Shown here: positions 31,960 through 44,900 of the stretch, piece by piece
How the letters are laid out: each line of letters begins with the position of its first letter
How positions within the stretch are numbered: position 1 is the first letter of the stretch
Assembly (NCBI GenBank): GCA_002269645.1
Contig: NIVC01000567.1
Location: forward strand, 310,001 to 374,000
Source: Macrostomum lignano
Lineage: Eukaryota
Reading direction: 5' to 3'
Length of the DNA stretch: 64,000 bases
The notes under the pieces: generated by a model
The model's database searches: none
What the model was told of the DNA's origin: nothing
Seen by the model: only the letters and a program-made list of their open reading frames with translations
Translations under genes and position numbers: made by a program

Positions 31960-34030
31960 GGATGGGGGGGGCGGATTCTCACGGATGGGGGCGGATTCTC
32001 ACGGATGGGGGGGCGGATTCTCAAGGATGGGGGCGGATTCTCAAGGATGGGGGGCGGATTCTCACGGATGGGGGCGGATTCTCACGGATGGGGGCGGATT
32101 CTCAAGGATGGGGGGCGGATTCTAAGGAATGGGCGGATTCTAAGGAATGGGCGGATTCTCAGGGTAGGGGGCGGATTCTCAGGGTAGGGGCGGATTCTCA
32201 CGGATGGGGGCGGATTCTCAAGGATGGGGGGCGGATTCTCAAGGATGGGGGGCGGATTCTCACGGATGGGGGCGGATTCTCACGGATGGGGGGATTCTCA
32301 CGGATGGTGGGCGGATTCTCACGGATGGGGTGCGGATTCTAAGGAATGGGCGGATTCTAAGGAATGGAACCGCTCCTGACCGGCCGTGTCCCAGATCTGG
32401 GAGGGGCCAGGGGTTGAGACACGTTGCTAGGGTATATATCAGCTTAGCACTCCCGATAATCTTGCCTACCTCTTCGTGTCTACTATCTCTTGTCTACTCC
32501 TTCGTGTCTACTATCTCTTGTCTACCTCTTCGTGTCTACTATCTCTTGTCCATCTCTTCGTGTCTACTATCTCTTGTCCATCTCTTCGTGTCTACTATCT
32601 CTTCTCTACATCTTCGTGTCTACTATCTCTTGTCTACCTCTTCGTGTCTACTATCTCTGTCTACCTCTTCGTGTCTACTATCTCTTGTCTACCTCTTCGT
32701 GTCTACTATCTCTTGTCCAACTCTTCGTGTCTACTATCTCTTGTCCACCTCTTCGTGTCTACTATCTCTTGTCTACATCTTCGTGTCTACTATCTCTTGT
32801 CTACCTCTTCGTGTCTACTATCTCTTGTCTACTCCTTCGTGTCTACTATCTCTTGTCTACTCATTTGTGTCTACTATCTCCTGTCTACCTCTTCGTGTCT
32901 ACTATCTCTTGTCTACCTCTTCGTGTCTACTATCTCTTGTCTACCGTCTTATGTCTGCCTTATCTTGTCTACCCTCTTGTCTACCCTTTCCTGTCTTCCC
33001 TCTCCCGTCTACTCTCTCCTGTCTATCCTTCTATCTACCCTCTTGTCTACTCTCTCCTGTCTATCCTTCTATCTACCCTCTTGTCTACTCTCTCCTGTAT
33101 ACCGTCTCGTCTACTACTAGGATGGGGGGCGGATTCTCACGGATGGGGGCGGATTCTCACGGATGGGGGGCGGATTCTCAAGGATGGGGGGCGGATTCTA
33201 AGGAATGGGCGGATTCTCAGGGTAGGGGGCGGATTCTCATGGTAGGGACGGATTCTCACGGATGGGGGCGGATTCTCAAGGATGGGGGGCGGATTCTCAA
33301 GGATGGGGGGCGGATTCTCACGGATGGGGGCGGATTCTCACGGATGGGGGGATTCTCACGGATGGTGGGCGGATTCTCACGGATGGGGTGCGGATTCTAA
33401 GGAATGGGCGGATTCTAAGGAATGGAACCGCTCCTGACCGGCCGGATTCTCAGGGTAGGGGGCGGATTCTCAGGGTAGGGGCGGATTCTTACGGATGGGG
33501 GCGGATTCTCAAGGATGGGGGGGCGGATTCTCAAGGATGGGGGGCGGATTCTCAAGGATGGGGGGGCGGATTCTCACAGATGGGGGCGGATTCTCACGGA
33601 TGGGGGGATTCTCACGGATGGTGGGCGGATTCTCACGGATGGGGTGCGGATTCTCACGGATGGGGTGCGGATTCTAAGGAATGGGCGGATTCTCAGGGTA
33701 GGGGGCGGATTCTCAGGGTAGGGGCGGATTCTCACGGATGGGGGCGGATTCTCAAGGATGGGGGGGGGGCGTATTCTCAAGGATGGGGGGATTGTCACGG
33801 ATGGGGCGGATTCTCAAGGATGGGGGGATTGTCACGGATGGGGCGGATTCTCAAGGATGGGGGGATTGTCACGGATGGGGGCGAATTCACACGGATGGGG
33901 GCGGATTCTCACGGATGGGGGCGGATTCACACGGATGGGGGCGGATTCTCACGGATGGGGCGGATTCTCACGGATGGGAGCGGATTCTCAGTGTAGGGGC
34001 GGATTCTCACGGATAGGGAGCGGATTTTCA
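31960..34030. repeat. Composite array: family A, Rab4 exon2/intron copy with family B (32367-33120), family A
   Basis: 32367-32460 closely matches 28460-28553 (Rab4 exon-2 start and acceptor). A second 20-bp Rab4 fragment sits at ~33426-33445. Confidence 0.9.
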
Positions 34031-34564
34031 GGGGTGCAAGGTTGGGGCGTTTCAGGAGGGCTACGGCTACGCCCCCCTAGCCTCTCAGATGAATGGAGCA
34101 GACAAGGCAAAAAATGAGTCAGAGTTCTCTGCAAGTTTTTTCTAAGCCTACAAGCTATACATGTAATAGCTGCCCTTTCACGATAGCATAGTAAATGTAC
34201 GAAGGCAAGTCATTTACTAATTTAACGTCGCGTGCAGAGAACAGAGAACACACTATAATATAAACAGGCAGGCCGGCAAAGTTTTATGAGCATCTCTTCT
34301 AGGATCAAAGCGACATCAAAGAAGAAACTGCCCGCTGAGAAAGAAACAAGATAATGAAGCTATCTCAGAAGAGCAGGCTAAAAAAGCAGGCAAATTGTCA
34401 CGAATGCCACAATGTGAGTTAGCAGGCGAGCTTTTTTGGGAAACCATTAAAGATACCAGCGTAGTTCTATCTTTTTTCCAGGAAACTTAATCCTAGCCGA
34501 TGCTCTCTGTGTCAATCATGCTCATTTGCTTGAATATGACAGATTAAGAACAGCTTTGTGCTTT

Positions 34565-35255
34565 TGTGACCTTGGAATGCCATAGTGTACATCGTGACCT
34601 TGGAATGCCATAGTGTATATTGTGACCTTGGAATGCCATAGTGTATATTGTGACCTTGGAATGCCATAGTGTACATCGTGACCTTGGAATGCCATAGTGT
34701 ACATTGTGACCTTGGAATGCTAGTGTGTACATTGTTACCTTGGAATGCCAGAGTGTAAATTTTGATCTTGGAACACCAGAGTGTACATTGTGACCTTGGA
34801 ATGCCTGAGTGTACATTGTGACCTTGGAATACCTGAGTGTACAATATAACTTTGGAATGCCAATGTGTGCATTGTGACCTTGGGATGCTTGTGTACATTG
34901 TGAACTTGGAATGCCTGAGTGTACATTGTGACCTTGGGATGCTTGTGTACATTGTGAACTTGGAATGCCTGAGTGTACATTGTGACCTTGGAATGCCTGA
35001 GTGTACATTGTGACCTTGGAATACCTGAGTGTACATTGTAACTTTGGAATGCCAGAGTGTACATTGTGACCTTGGGATGCTTGTGTACATTGTGAACTTG
35101 GAATGCCTGAGTGTACATTGTGACCTTGGGATGCTTGTGTACATTGTGACCTTGGAATGCCAGTGTGTACATTGTGACCTTGGAATGCCAGTGTGTACAT
35201 TGTGACCTTGGAATGCCAGTGTGTACATTGTGACCTTGGAATGCCTGAGTGTGAA
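34565..35255. repeat. 26-28-bp minisatellite GTGTACATTGTGACCTTGGAATGCC
   Basis: Direct reading. Confidence 0.92.
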
Positions 35256-35675
35256 TTAATGACATTTGCTTGAATTTTAACATCTACATCTAAGACTGAA
35301 ACAAATAAAGCTAGACTATTAAGGAAATTAAATCATAGACAGACTCATAACAGTTATAATAAATTTATTTTAAGTTTACAATATAAAAAATAGGAGTACA
35401 ACAAAGAATCCGCAAGCTAAAACTAAAATTCTAATTTTATGATTACAAAATCAACTGTAAAAGTACACTGTGCAAGAATAGATAAAGCTACAAAGACGCA
35501 CACATTAAACAGGCTACAAGCTCTAAGTTTTGTTGTTGTAATAAATCAAAGAAACATTAAAAAAGACGAAAAATTATAATTACATAAACATTGCGAAATA
35601 CTCATTAATTCTGCCTACCGAACATCAACTAAAGAAATTCAACGTCTTTTTTTGCGAGAAGTAAAATTAAGAAAA

Positions 35676-38600
35676 TCAGACATCGATGGTCATTTTCTTG
35701 TGCACATCGAGGGAGCCGACAATGTCGCAGAATTCAGCGTAAGAAATTTTTCCGTCACCGTCTTTGTCAGCAAAAATGATTGTTTTATCAACAATCTGCT
35801 GCAGTTGAGCGTCTTTCAGATTGCTGCCAACCATCATCTTCAGCACCTATGAAATTGTTCAGGTAGTTTGGCGATTAATGAGACACATTTGAGATGTCAC
35901 TTGAGTAGCATTTCAGACACATTTGAGATGTCATTTGAGTAGCATTTCAGACACATTTGAGATGTCACTTGAGTAGCATTTCAGACACATTTGAGATGTC
36001 ACTTGAGTAGCATTTCAGACACATTTGATATGTCACTTGAGTAGCATTTCAGACAAATTTGAGATGTCACTGAGTAGCATTTCAGACACATTTGAGATGC
36101 CTCTTGAGTAGCATTTCAGACAAGGTTGCGATGCCCCTGAGCAGTCCTTGAGATACTCAATATTTCACAGAGCATACAAAGTGCCCTAAGCAAGCCTCAC
36201 CTGAAAGAGCTCCCCATTGCTAATGAAGCCATCCTTGTCCATATCGTAGATTCGAAACGCAAAACGCAGTTTAGCCTCTTTGTCGCCTCTGACAGAGAAT
36301 TGCGACATGCCTAAATTGAGGGGAAGTGAGAGTATTTTAAATCACTTTGTGCTTCTCAATAACTGCATAAATCCCATTATATCAACCGGGAGAGAATTTC
36401 TCTCAGGTCTCATCTAGATAAATCGGGTAAGAATTTCACCAGCCTCGTAGGAGAATTTGGGAGAATCTCACCAGCCTCATGGGAGAATTGAGTTAGAATC
36501 TCATCAGTCTCATAAAATGGGGTGAAAATGGGAGAATCGGGTGAGAATCTCATCACTCTCATAGGAGAATCAGGGGAGTATCTTATCAGTCTGATGGAAT
36601 GGGGTGAGAATCTCACCAGTCTCATAGGAGACTGGGGTGAGAATCTCATCAGTCTCATAGAATGGGGTGAGAATCTTTTCAGTCTCATAGGAGAATGGGG
36701 TGAGAATCTCACCAGTCTCATAGGAGAATCGGGCGAGAATCTCACCAGTTTCATTAGAGACTGGGGTGAGAATCTCATCAGTCTCACAGGAGACTGGGTG
36801 AGAATCTTTTCAGTCTCATAGGAGAATGGGCTGAGAATCTCACCGGTCTCATAGGAGAATGGGGTGAGAATCTCACAGTCTCATAGGAGAATGAGGTGAG
36901 AATCTCATCAGTCTCATAGGAGAATCGGGTGAGAATCTCATCAGTCTTATAGGAGACTCGGGTGAGAATCTCATCAGTCTTATAGGAGAATCGGGTGAGA
37001 ATCTTATCAGTCTCTTGAATATCGTAGGAGAAAAAAAGCAGTTTATTCAATACAAACCCTAGAATTCCAAAGGGAAGATGTTTAACCAAAGCCCCAGTAA
37101 CTGTCAATCATAGTAAACAGTGCCACTAGCTTAGGACGCTCCGGCATATCAGCATAGACAATATCGCATACACAAACTGTCTATATATACAAATTGGTAG
37201 AGAGACCAGAAGTTAGGCTAGAGAAAGACGAAAAGCTTCCAACGGCTTGATGATGACTTTTTGGATGCCAGTCTTGAAACCTTTTCTCTTTTTCTTATAT
37301 ATTCATTGCGCCGACCTAGCAACTTCCTTGTATAGGTTCTGCTAGACCTTCCTTCGTGCCCTCATCTCCCCCCTCTCTCTCCTGTTTCTTCCTTCAATAG
37401 TTCAAGCACAAAGTCGATCGCTTTACTTTTTTAACATTAAAGCCCTTCGATCCGCACCAGGAAAGGATAAGGAAGGGAGGAGAGAGGAGAAGAGATGCGG
37501 GAGAGAGAGGGGGGCGAATGGAGAGGATAAATAAGTGAAAAAATCCCCGCAAACAAGCCATAATCAGTGCGTGTTCGCAAACCGAAGTTCCTGCTTCCTA
37601 AGCCTTCGCTTTTTTGCTTTCTTTTTCTGCGCCCGCCTATTTGGCCAAGATTTCCTGCATGGCTTCAATCCTATTTCTGTTTAAGCGGATTTAAGCTTCG
37701 TTAAACTGGCTAAATTAGGTTTTGGAAGCTGATTATTGTTAGGATAATACTTGATTCAGTGCTGGCTACATTGGGGAAGGGGTGAAAGATTTAATGCTGG
37801 GGTTGGTGTACATTGGGGAAGGGGTGGAAGATTTGGGGCTGGGGTTGGTGTACATTGGGGAAGGGGTGGAAGATTTGGGGCTGGGGTTGGTGTAAATTGT
37901 GGAAGGGGTGGAAGATTTGATGCTGGGGTTGGTGTACATTGGGGAAGGGGTGGAAGATTTGGGGCTGGGGTTGGTGTACATTGGGGAAGGGGTGGAAAAT
38001 TTGGGGCTGGGGTTGGTGTACATTGGGGAAGGGGTGGAAGATTTGGGGCTGGGGTTGGTGTAAATTGTGGAAGGGGTGGAAGATTTGATGCTGGGGTTGG
38101 TGTACATTGGGGAAGGGGTGGAAGATTTGGGGCTGGGGTTGGTGTACATTGGGGAAAGGGTGGAAGATTTGGGGCTGGGGTTGGTGTAAATTGTGGAAGG
38201 GGTGGAAGATTTGATGCTGGGGTTGGTGTACATTGGGGAAGGGGTGGAAGATTTGGGGCTGGGGTTGGTGTACATTGGGGAAAGGGTGGAAGATTTGGGG
38301 CTGGGGTTGGTGTAAATTGTGGAGGGGTGGAAGATTTGATGCTGGGGTTGGTGTACATTGGGGAAGGGGTGGAAGATTTGGGGCTGGGGTTGGTGTACAT
38401 TGGGGAAGGGGTGGAAGATTTGAGGGTTTGGGGTCGGTGTACATTGAGGAAGGGGTGAAAGATTTTAGACAGGGTTCGGTGTAAATTCTATAGCTTTAAG
38501 TTTGGGCAAATGCTTATCTTTAAAAAACAAGTTTGGTGTATTCTAAGATTTAAAAGTTCAAAACTCAGTTTTTTAGTAAAAAAAGAAGCGATGGAATAGG

Positions 38601-39958
38601 AAAGAAACAGAACCAGACACAGCAGCTTCCTTTAGATCTAAACAATGACTTGATTATTATTACTATTATTTTTTTGCAACTGAAAGCATTCGAACCAAGT
38701 CTAGCAAGCTAGCAAAAGTACAAGCTCAGCCTAAACAGATGTTAGAAAGCTGGAACCGCGGGCTAATGGATATGGGAAGAAACGACAGGGGGACAAGACT
38801 ACAGACAGGAGAAAGTGAGCAACAGGGTATAGGGGATCACGAAATGAAGCCAAGCGTGTAGACAGAAAGACGGTGAAGCTGTTATAACACTTTATAATAA
38901 TAAGTACGTATTATTCACTATATACAATCGTGAACAAGACATTTTATGTTTGAAAAAAAAACTACAACAACAAAATAATTAGGTATTAGGAGTCATTGGA
39001 GCGCGAGTAGTCATAAAAGCGCCACATACTAGTGTACTCGTATATGCATACGAAAGTCCAGCAATTAAATTGCCTTTACGTAAGTAAAACTTTAGTAAGA
39101 AAAAGATAAAGCAAAGGAATAAGGGGGAAACATACTTAATCTCACACTGAGATGAGATTACATGCTCAATCTCACACTGAGATGAGATCGCATACACATA
39201 CCCAATCACATACCCAATATCACCCTGAGATGAGATCACATTCCCAATCTCACCCTGACATGAATTCACAGACCCAATCTCATCCTGAGATGAGATCACA
39301 TACCGATCTCAACCTGAGATGAATTCACAGACCCAATCTCATCCTGAGATGAGATCACATTCCCAATCTCACCCTGACATGAATTCACAGACCCAATCTC
39401 ATCCTGAGATGAGATCACATACCAATCTCACCCTGACATGAATTCACAGACCCAATCTCATCCTGAGATGAGATCACATTCCCAATCTCACCCTGACATG
39501 AATTCACAGACCCAATCTCATCCTGAGATGAGATCACATTCCCAATCTCACCCTGACATGAATTCACAGACCCAATCTCATCCTGAGATGAGATCACGGA
39601 CCCAATCTCACACTGAGACGAGATCACATACCCAATCTCACCCTGAGATGAGATCACATACCCAATCTCACACTGAGATGAGATCGCAGACGCAGAACCA
39701 GAGATGAAACAGCAGCAAGACAAACTCACCCTGAATAAACTCTTTAAAATCGACCTCTCCATTCTGATCAGTATCGAAGATGTCAATCACTCGCTGCACC
39801 AGCGGGTTCTGCTGCAACTCAGGCAGCCGCAGGAACTCTTCAATGCTCAGCGAGCCGCTGCCATCCAAGTCGATCTTCTTAAACCGTTTACCCAACCGTC
39901 GAAGTTCTTCGCTATCAAAATGAGCGCACAGTTCCGGAATGGAAAGTTCGCTACCCAT
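35676..39958 (-). CDS. PPP3R1: Calcineurin regulatory subunit B, 169 aa, 3 exons
   Basis: Exons 39958-39730, 36310-36201, 35846-35676 (510 nt). MG myristoylation start, [95 protein letters not shown]. Confidence 0.96.
35880..36125. repeat. 34-bp minisatellite
   Basis: GAGTAGCATTTCAGACACATTTGAGATGTCACTT, about seven copies, calcineurin B intron 2. Confidence 0.92.
36400..37020. repeat. 33-bp minisatellite
   Basis: GAGAATGGGGTGAGAATCTCACCAGTCTCATAG; calcineurin B intron 1. Confidence 0.9.
37775..38475. repeat. 42-bp G-tract minisatellite
   Basis: TGTACATTGGGGAAGGGGTGGAAGATTTGGGGCTGGGGTTGG; calcineurin B intron 1. Confidence 0.95.
39135..39690. repeat. 30-bp minisatellite with 60-bp alternating higher-order unit
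   Basis: CCCAATCTCATCCTGAGATGAGATCACATT alternates with CCCAATCTCACCCTGACATGAATTCACAGA. Confidence 0.9.
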
Positions 39959-40204
39959 CTTTCAGCCAGAGAAGAGAGGCGGGGGAAGAAGACGACAGAA
40001 CTGCAAAAGCTCCCGTCTGTTGCTTTCGGCTTGCCAGGAATAGTAGAAGCGGGGAAAGGTGCAATATAAAGCGGCAAGATGGATGCGTTCTACTGGCTCG
40101 TGTTTCCCACCAACCAAAGAGGCCTAGAAACAGAAGCCCGCGGAGTGACTGCTCCTGTCTAAGCCACTGCTTTCCAATCCCACATAATTCTAGACTGGCG
40201 TAGC

Positions 40205-40520
40205 GTAAACTATAGCTTAAACTGTAGCTTAAACTGCAGCTTAAACTGTAGGTTAAACTGTAGCTAAAACTGCAGCTTAAACTGTAGCTTAAACTGTAGC
40301 TAAAACTGCAGCTTATACTGTAGCTTAAACTGCAGCTTAAACTGAAGCTTAAACTGAAGCTTAAACTGTAGCTTAAACTGCAGCTTAAACTGTGGCTAAA
40401 ACTGCAGCTTAAACTGTAGCTTAAACTGTAGCTAAAACTGCAGCTTATACTGTAGCTTAAACTGCAGCTTAAACTGTAGCTTATACTGTAGCTTAAACTG
40501 AAGCTTAAACTGCAGATTTA
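40205..40520. repeat. 12-bp minisatellite (TTAAACTGTAGC)n
   Basis: Direct reading. Confidence 0.92.
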
Positions 40521-41449
40521 GCTTTTACCTACGGAAAATCGGACATGTGTTAGCTAAACAGAACAGCAGTCAGGCCCGCAGAGGTTCGGGAAGGAGTTGC
40601 TAATCCAGAATCTGGTTCTGCATCTCTTTGCCAAACTGGCCAATAAGGAGAAAGGAAGAGAAAAAAGCAAGACAGAAGGCCGATGGCTATAAAAATAGGT
40701 AGAATATAATTTCCCTATGCAGCAGGGAAAGAAAAACAAGGTTGAAGATTAGAAAATTGCAATGATTAACGATCGATGTATATGATTTGCTGATGCCAAG
40801 ATATTGTGTATGAAACTGAAGTTTTTACCCTTAAGGTTGTTTATACAAAATATTTTTCTACATATAAAATACTTTTATACTACTTAGTGTGATTAGGTAG
40901 CAATAATAATCTAGCTGACAATAATAACTGATAATTGATTACACCTGCCCCAACTGGACACGATGTGCAACCGACAGCTCAGCCGCAGCTATGGGGGGTC
41001 GCCACACACGCCCTCAATTACCTCAGCCAATGCTGGCACCCATTTTACAGCTTGGTGAACTGAAGATTCAGGTTTATAAAATTTTCCCAGAATAATTGTA
41101 ACAACTTCTTCTGTCTCGTAACAAGCCTTACAAACTTATCCTAATAAAACCGAACAGTTAAATTAAGGCAGACACAAGACATATTTAATAATAATCGTTA
41201 ACAAGTGGAAAAATTTGTTCCAAAGGTTAGGGGTAACACGTGCAGCGCTATGGTATAAATATGAGAAATTGACTAATTAAAAAAATTACGCGTAAGTACT
41301 TTTACGCGAAAAAATGACTTGTCATCATCAATAGACTAAATACAAAAGAACGTTTGTACTATTATAGTTCAAATTAGAGGAAGAAAAGCTAGTAACAAAA
41401 ATTGGGCGAGAAAGTGAAAAAAGTTTGTTAAACTAGAGAAAATATAGTT

Positions 41450-41880
41450 GTTAACTTTCAGCCTATTCAAAAGCGCTACATACTAACCACAGTCAACTCT
41501 GCTTAACTCTTAGCCTACTCAATAGCGCTACGTACTAACCACAGTCGACCCTGCTTATCTCTTAGCCTACTCAATAGCGCTACGTACTAACCACAGTCGA
41601 CTCTGCTTAACTCTTAGCCTACTCAATAGCGCTACGTACTAACCACAGTCGACTCTGCTTAACTCTTAGCCTACTCAATAGCGTTACGTACTAACCACAG
41701 TCGACTCTGCTTAACTCTTAGCCTACTCAATAGCGCTACGTACTAACCACAGTCGACTCTGCTTAACTCTTAGCCTACTCAATAGCGCTACGTACTAACC
41801 ACAGTCAACTCTGCTTAACTCTTAGCCTACTCAATAGCGCTACGTACTAACCACAGTCATCTCTGGCTTAACCTACAGCC
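41450..41880. repeat. 52-bp minisatellite
   Basis: TTAGCCTACTCAATAGCGCTACGTACTAACCACAGTCGACTCTGCTTAACTC, about eight copies just 3' of the RETSAT stop. Confidence 0.92.
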
Positions 41881-41966
41881 TATTAGTTAGCGAAACTTGC
41901 TATAAATGTAAATCAATCAAGTACATCGCGTACTACAGTGACCACAAGCTAGCCATAAATCAATCA

Positions 41967-44900
41967 TCATTCGGCCTTCGGTCGTTCCCGGCGCAGGATG
42001 CCCTTAGCGTCGGCTTGAATGAGTTTGGCCAGATCGGCAATCAGATTGCGATTCAGAGCGGCAGAAGCGCACAACAGGCCGCCCATCATGCCGCCAACGA
42101 AGCCGCAGATGGCCACGTCTTGGCCAGTGAGCAGGAGTCCCCGCGGGCCCATCTCCGGCCGCAGTTGAGCGCACGAATCCGGAGCTAAGCGACTGAGGCT
42201 GTGGTCTAAGCCGTAGATTTCGCCGCGTGGCGAGTTGATGTAGTGCTGGTTGGTGAGCGGCGTGCCCACCTGGGAGGGGGGAGGTGAGACAGGAGGGGCT
42301 CAGGTGTTATGCACTTCTATGTGTTCCTGGTGACAAATCCTGGCTTGCTTAATTAATCTGGGGGATCTAGTAGCTTACCCCGGAGGATCAGGTAGCTTAC
42401 CCTGGGGATCTGGTAGTTTAATCTGGGAGGCTGGTAGTTTATTCTGGGAGGCTGGTAGCTTAATCTGGGGATCTGGTAGCTTAATCTGGGGGATCTGGTA
42501 GCTTAATCTTGGGATCTGGTAGCTTAATCTGGGGGATCTAGTAGCTTACCCCGGAGGATCAGGTAGCTTACCCTGGGGATCTGGTAGTTTAATCTGGGAG
42601 GCTAGTAGTTTATTCTGGGAGGCTGGTAGCTTAATCTGGGGATCTGGTAGCTTAATCTGGGGGATCTGGTAGCTTAATCTTGGGATCTGGTAGCTTAATC
42701 TGGGGGATCTAGTAGCATACCCCGGAGGATCTAGTAGTTTATTCTGGTGATCTGGGGATCTGGTAGTTTAATCTCGGAGGCTGGTAGTTTATTCTGGGAT
42801 GCTGGTAGCTTAATCTGGGGATGTGGTAGCTTAATCTGCGGGATCTGGTAGCTTAATCTGGGGATCTGGTAGCTTAATCTGGGGGTCTGGTAGTTTAATC
42901 TGGGGGATCTAGTAGCTTACCCCGGAGGATCTGGTAGTTTATTCTGGTGATCTGGGGATCTGGTAGCTTACTCCTGGGGATCTGGTAGTTTAATCTGGGA
43001 GGCTAGTAGTTTAATCTGGGAGGCTAGTAGTTTAATCTGGGAGGCTGGTAGTTTAATCTGGGAGGCTAGTAGTTTAATCTGGGAGGCTGGTAGTTTAATC
43101 TGGGAGGCTGGTAGTTTAATCTGGGAGGCTAGTAGTTTAATCTGGGAGGCTGGTAGTTTAATCTGGGAGGCTGGTAGTTTATTCTGGGAGGCTGGTAGCT
43201 TAATCTGGAAATCTGGGAGGCTGGTAGCTTAGTCTGGGGATCTGGGAGGCTGGTAGCTTAATCTGGGGATCTGGTAGCTAAATTTGGGGGATCTGGTAAC
43301 TAAATTTGGGGGATCTGGTAGCTAAATTTGGGGGATCTGGTAGCTTAATCTGGGGTCTGGGAGGCTGGTAGCTTAATCTGGAAATCTGGGAGGCTGGTAG
43401 CTTAGTCGGGGGATCTGGGAGGCTGGTAGCTTAATCTGGGGATCTGGGAGGGGTGAAAGCTTCATCTGGGAATCTGGGAGGGTGAAAGCTTTATCTGGGA
43501 ATCTGGGAGGGTTGAAGCTTCATCTGGGAATCTGGGAGGGTGGAAGCTCTTTTTATCGGTGATGCGGTAGATTAATTGAAAGGATCTGGAAATGTCAAGA
43601 TCTGTAGTGATGGTGGCCCAGCAACAAGGAAGAATTAACAATGCCCCCTTCCCAAAGCCTCACCTGAAACAGTTCGACTTCAAGATCGGCCACAGCCGGT
43701 ACCTGGCACTTGACCAGCTCCCACATCCGCCTGCCGATAGCGTTCTTCAACTCGTTATAATCTCTGCCCCTGTGACCGCTGCGGCCCTCCTGATACTGGC
43801 TGAACCAGTCCCAGTTCGCGAAGGTGACAATCGCACAAGTCAGCCGGTCATCTCCGCGCCTCCTCGGCCAGCTGGGATCCTTCAGCGAGGGAAACGAAGC
43901 GAATAGCAGAGGCGGATCAGCCGCTGCGGCCTCCTGAGGATCAAGGCTAAGATAGGCATTAACAATCGACTGCAGATCCACAGTCTCAGCCGCTGAGCTG
44001 TCAGACGGAGAAAGCAGCCACAGATTGCGACCGCGGATGTCGTCAAATGCCGGATCAGTGGAGGCGCATCTTCCCGGAGGCAGACGCAGTCCGATGAACA
44101 CAGACATTGCGCCGTGGCCGGAGCGGAGCTGGCAGTCGGTTAGGGTTCGGGAATTCGAGACCTGCCAGGTTTGCCAGGTGTGGTGTACTCATTTAGTGCA
44201 CGCGTACTTATGAGGCGAACTTGTGTATAATGCTGCTTGCTATGTTGAAACTTCTCTCCACTCTCCCAGATTCGGCTACCGCCCTCCCAGATTAAGTTGC
44301 CACCCTCCCAGATGAAGCTACCCTCCTCTCAAATTAGGTTGCCACCCTCCCAGATTAAGCTGCCCTCCTCTCAGATTAAGCTACCACCCTCCCCAGATTA
44401 AGCTACCGCCCTCCCAGATTTGGCTACCAGATTAGACTACCGCTCTCTCTCTTAAATTCCTTCAAAGTGTCTAAAGCATCCTAAACTGTGTCTAAAGTGT
44501 CCTAAACTGTGTCTAAAGTGTCCTAAACTGTGTCTAAAGTGTCCTAAACTATGTCTAAAGTGTCCTAAACTGTGTCTAAAGCATCCTAAACTGTGTCTAA
44601 AGTGTCCTAAACTGTGTCTAAAGTGTCCTAAACTATGTCTAAAGTGTCCTAAACTGTGTCTAAAGCATCCTAAACTGTGTCTAAAGTGTCCTAAACTGTG
44701 TCTAAAGTGTCCTAAACTATGTCTAAAGTGTCCTAAACTGTGTCTAAAGTGTCCTAAACTGTGTCTAAAGCATCCTAAACTGTGTCTAAAGTGTCCTAAA
44801 CTGTGTCTAAAGTGTCCTAAACTATGTCTAAAGTGTCCTAAACTGTGTCTAAAGTGTCCTAAACTGTGTCTAAGACTCTAAAGTGTCCAAAACTGTGTCT

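Noticed and set aside
34300-34420. Possible plus-strand exon between TCTTCTAG and GTGAGT
   Set aside because: No recognisable protein and no partner exons; two of three frames are closed.
40960-41100. GGCACCCATTTTACAGCTTGGTGAACTG resembling a SINE core domain
   Set aside because: Too short and degenerate; no A/B boxes or TSD identified.
41480-41860. Three 6-bp palindromes (AGCGCT, TACGTA, GTCGAC) per 52-bp unit, polylinker-like
   Set aside because: About one is expected by chance per unit, many arrays were inspected, and there is no vector context.
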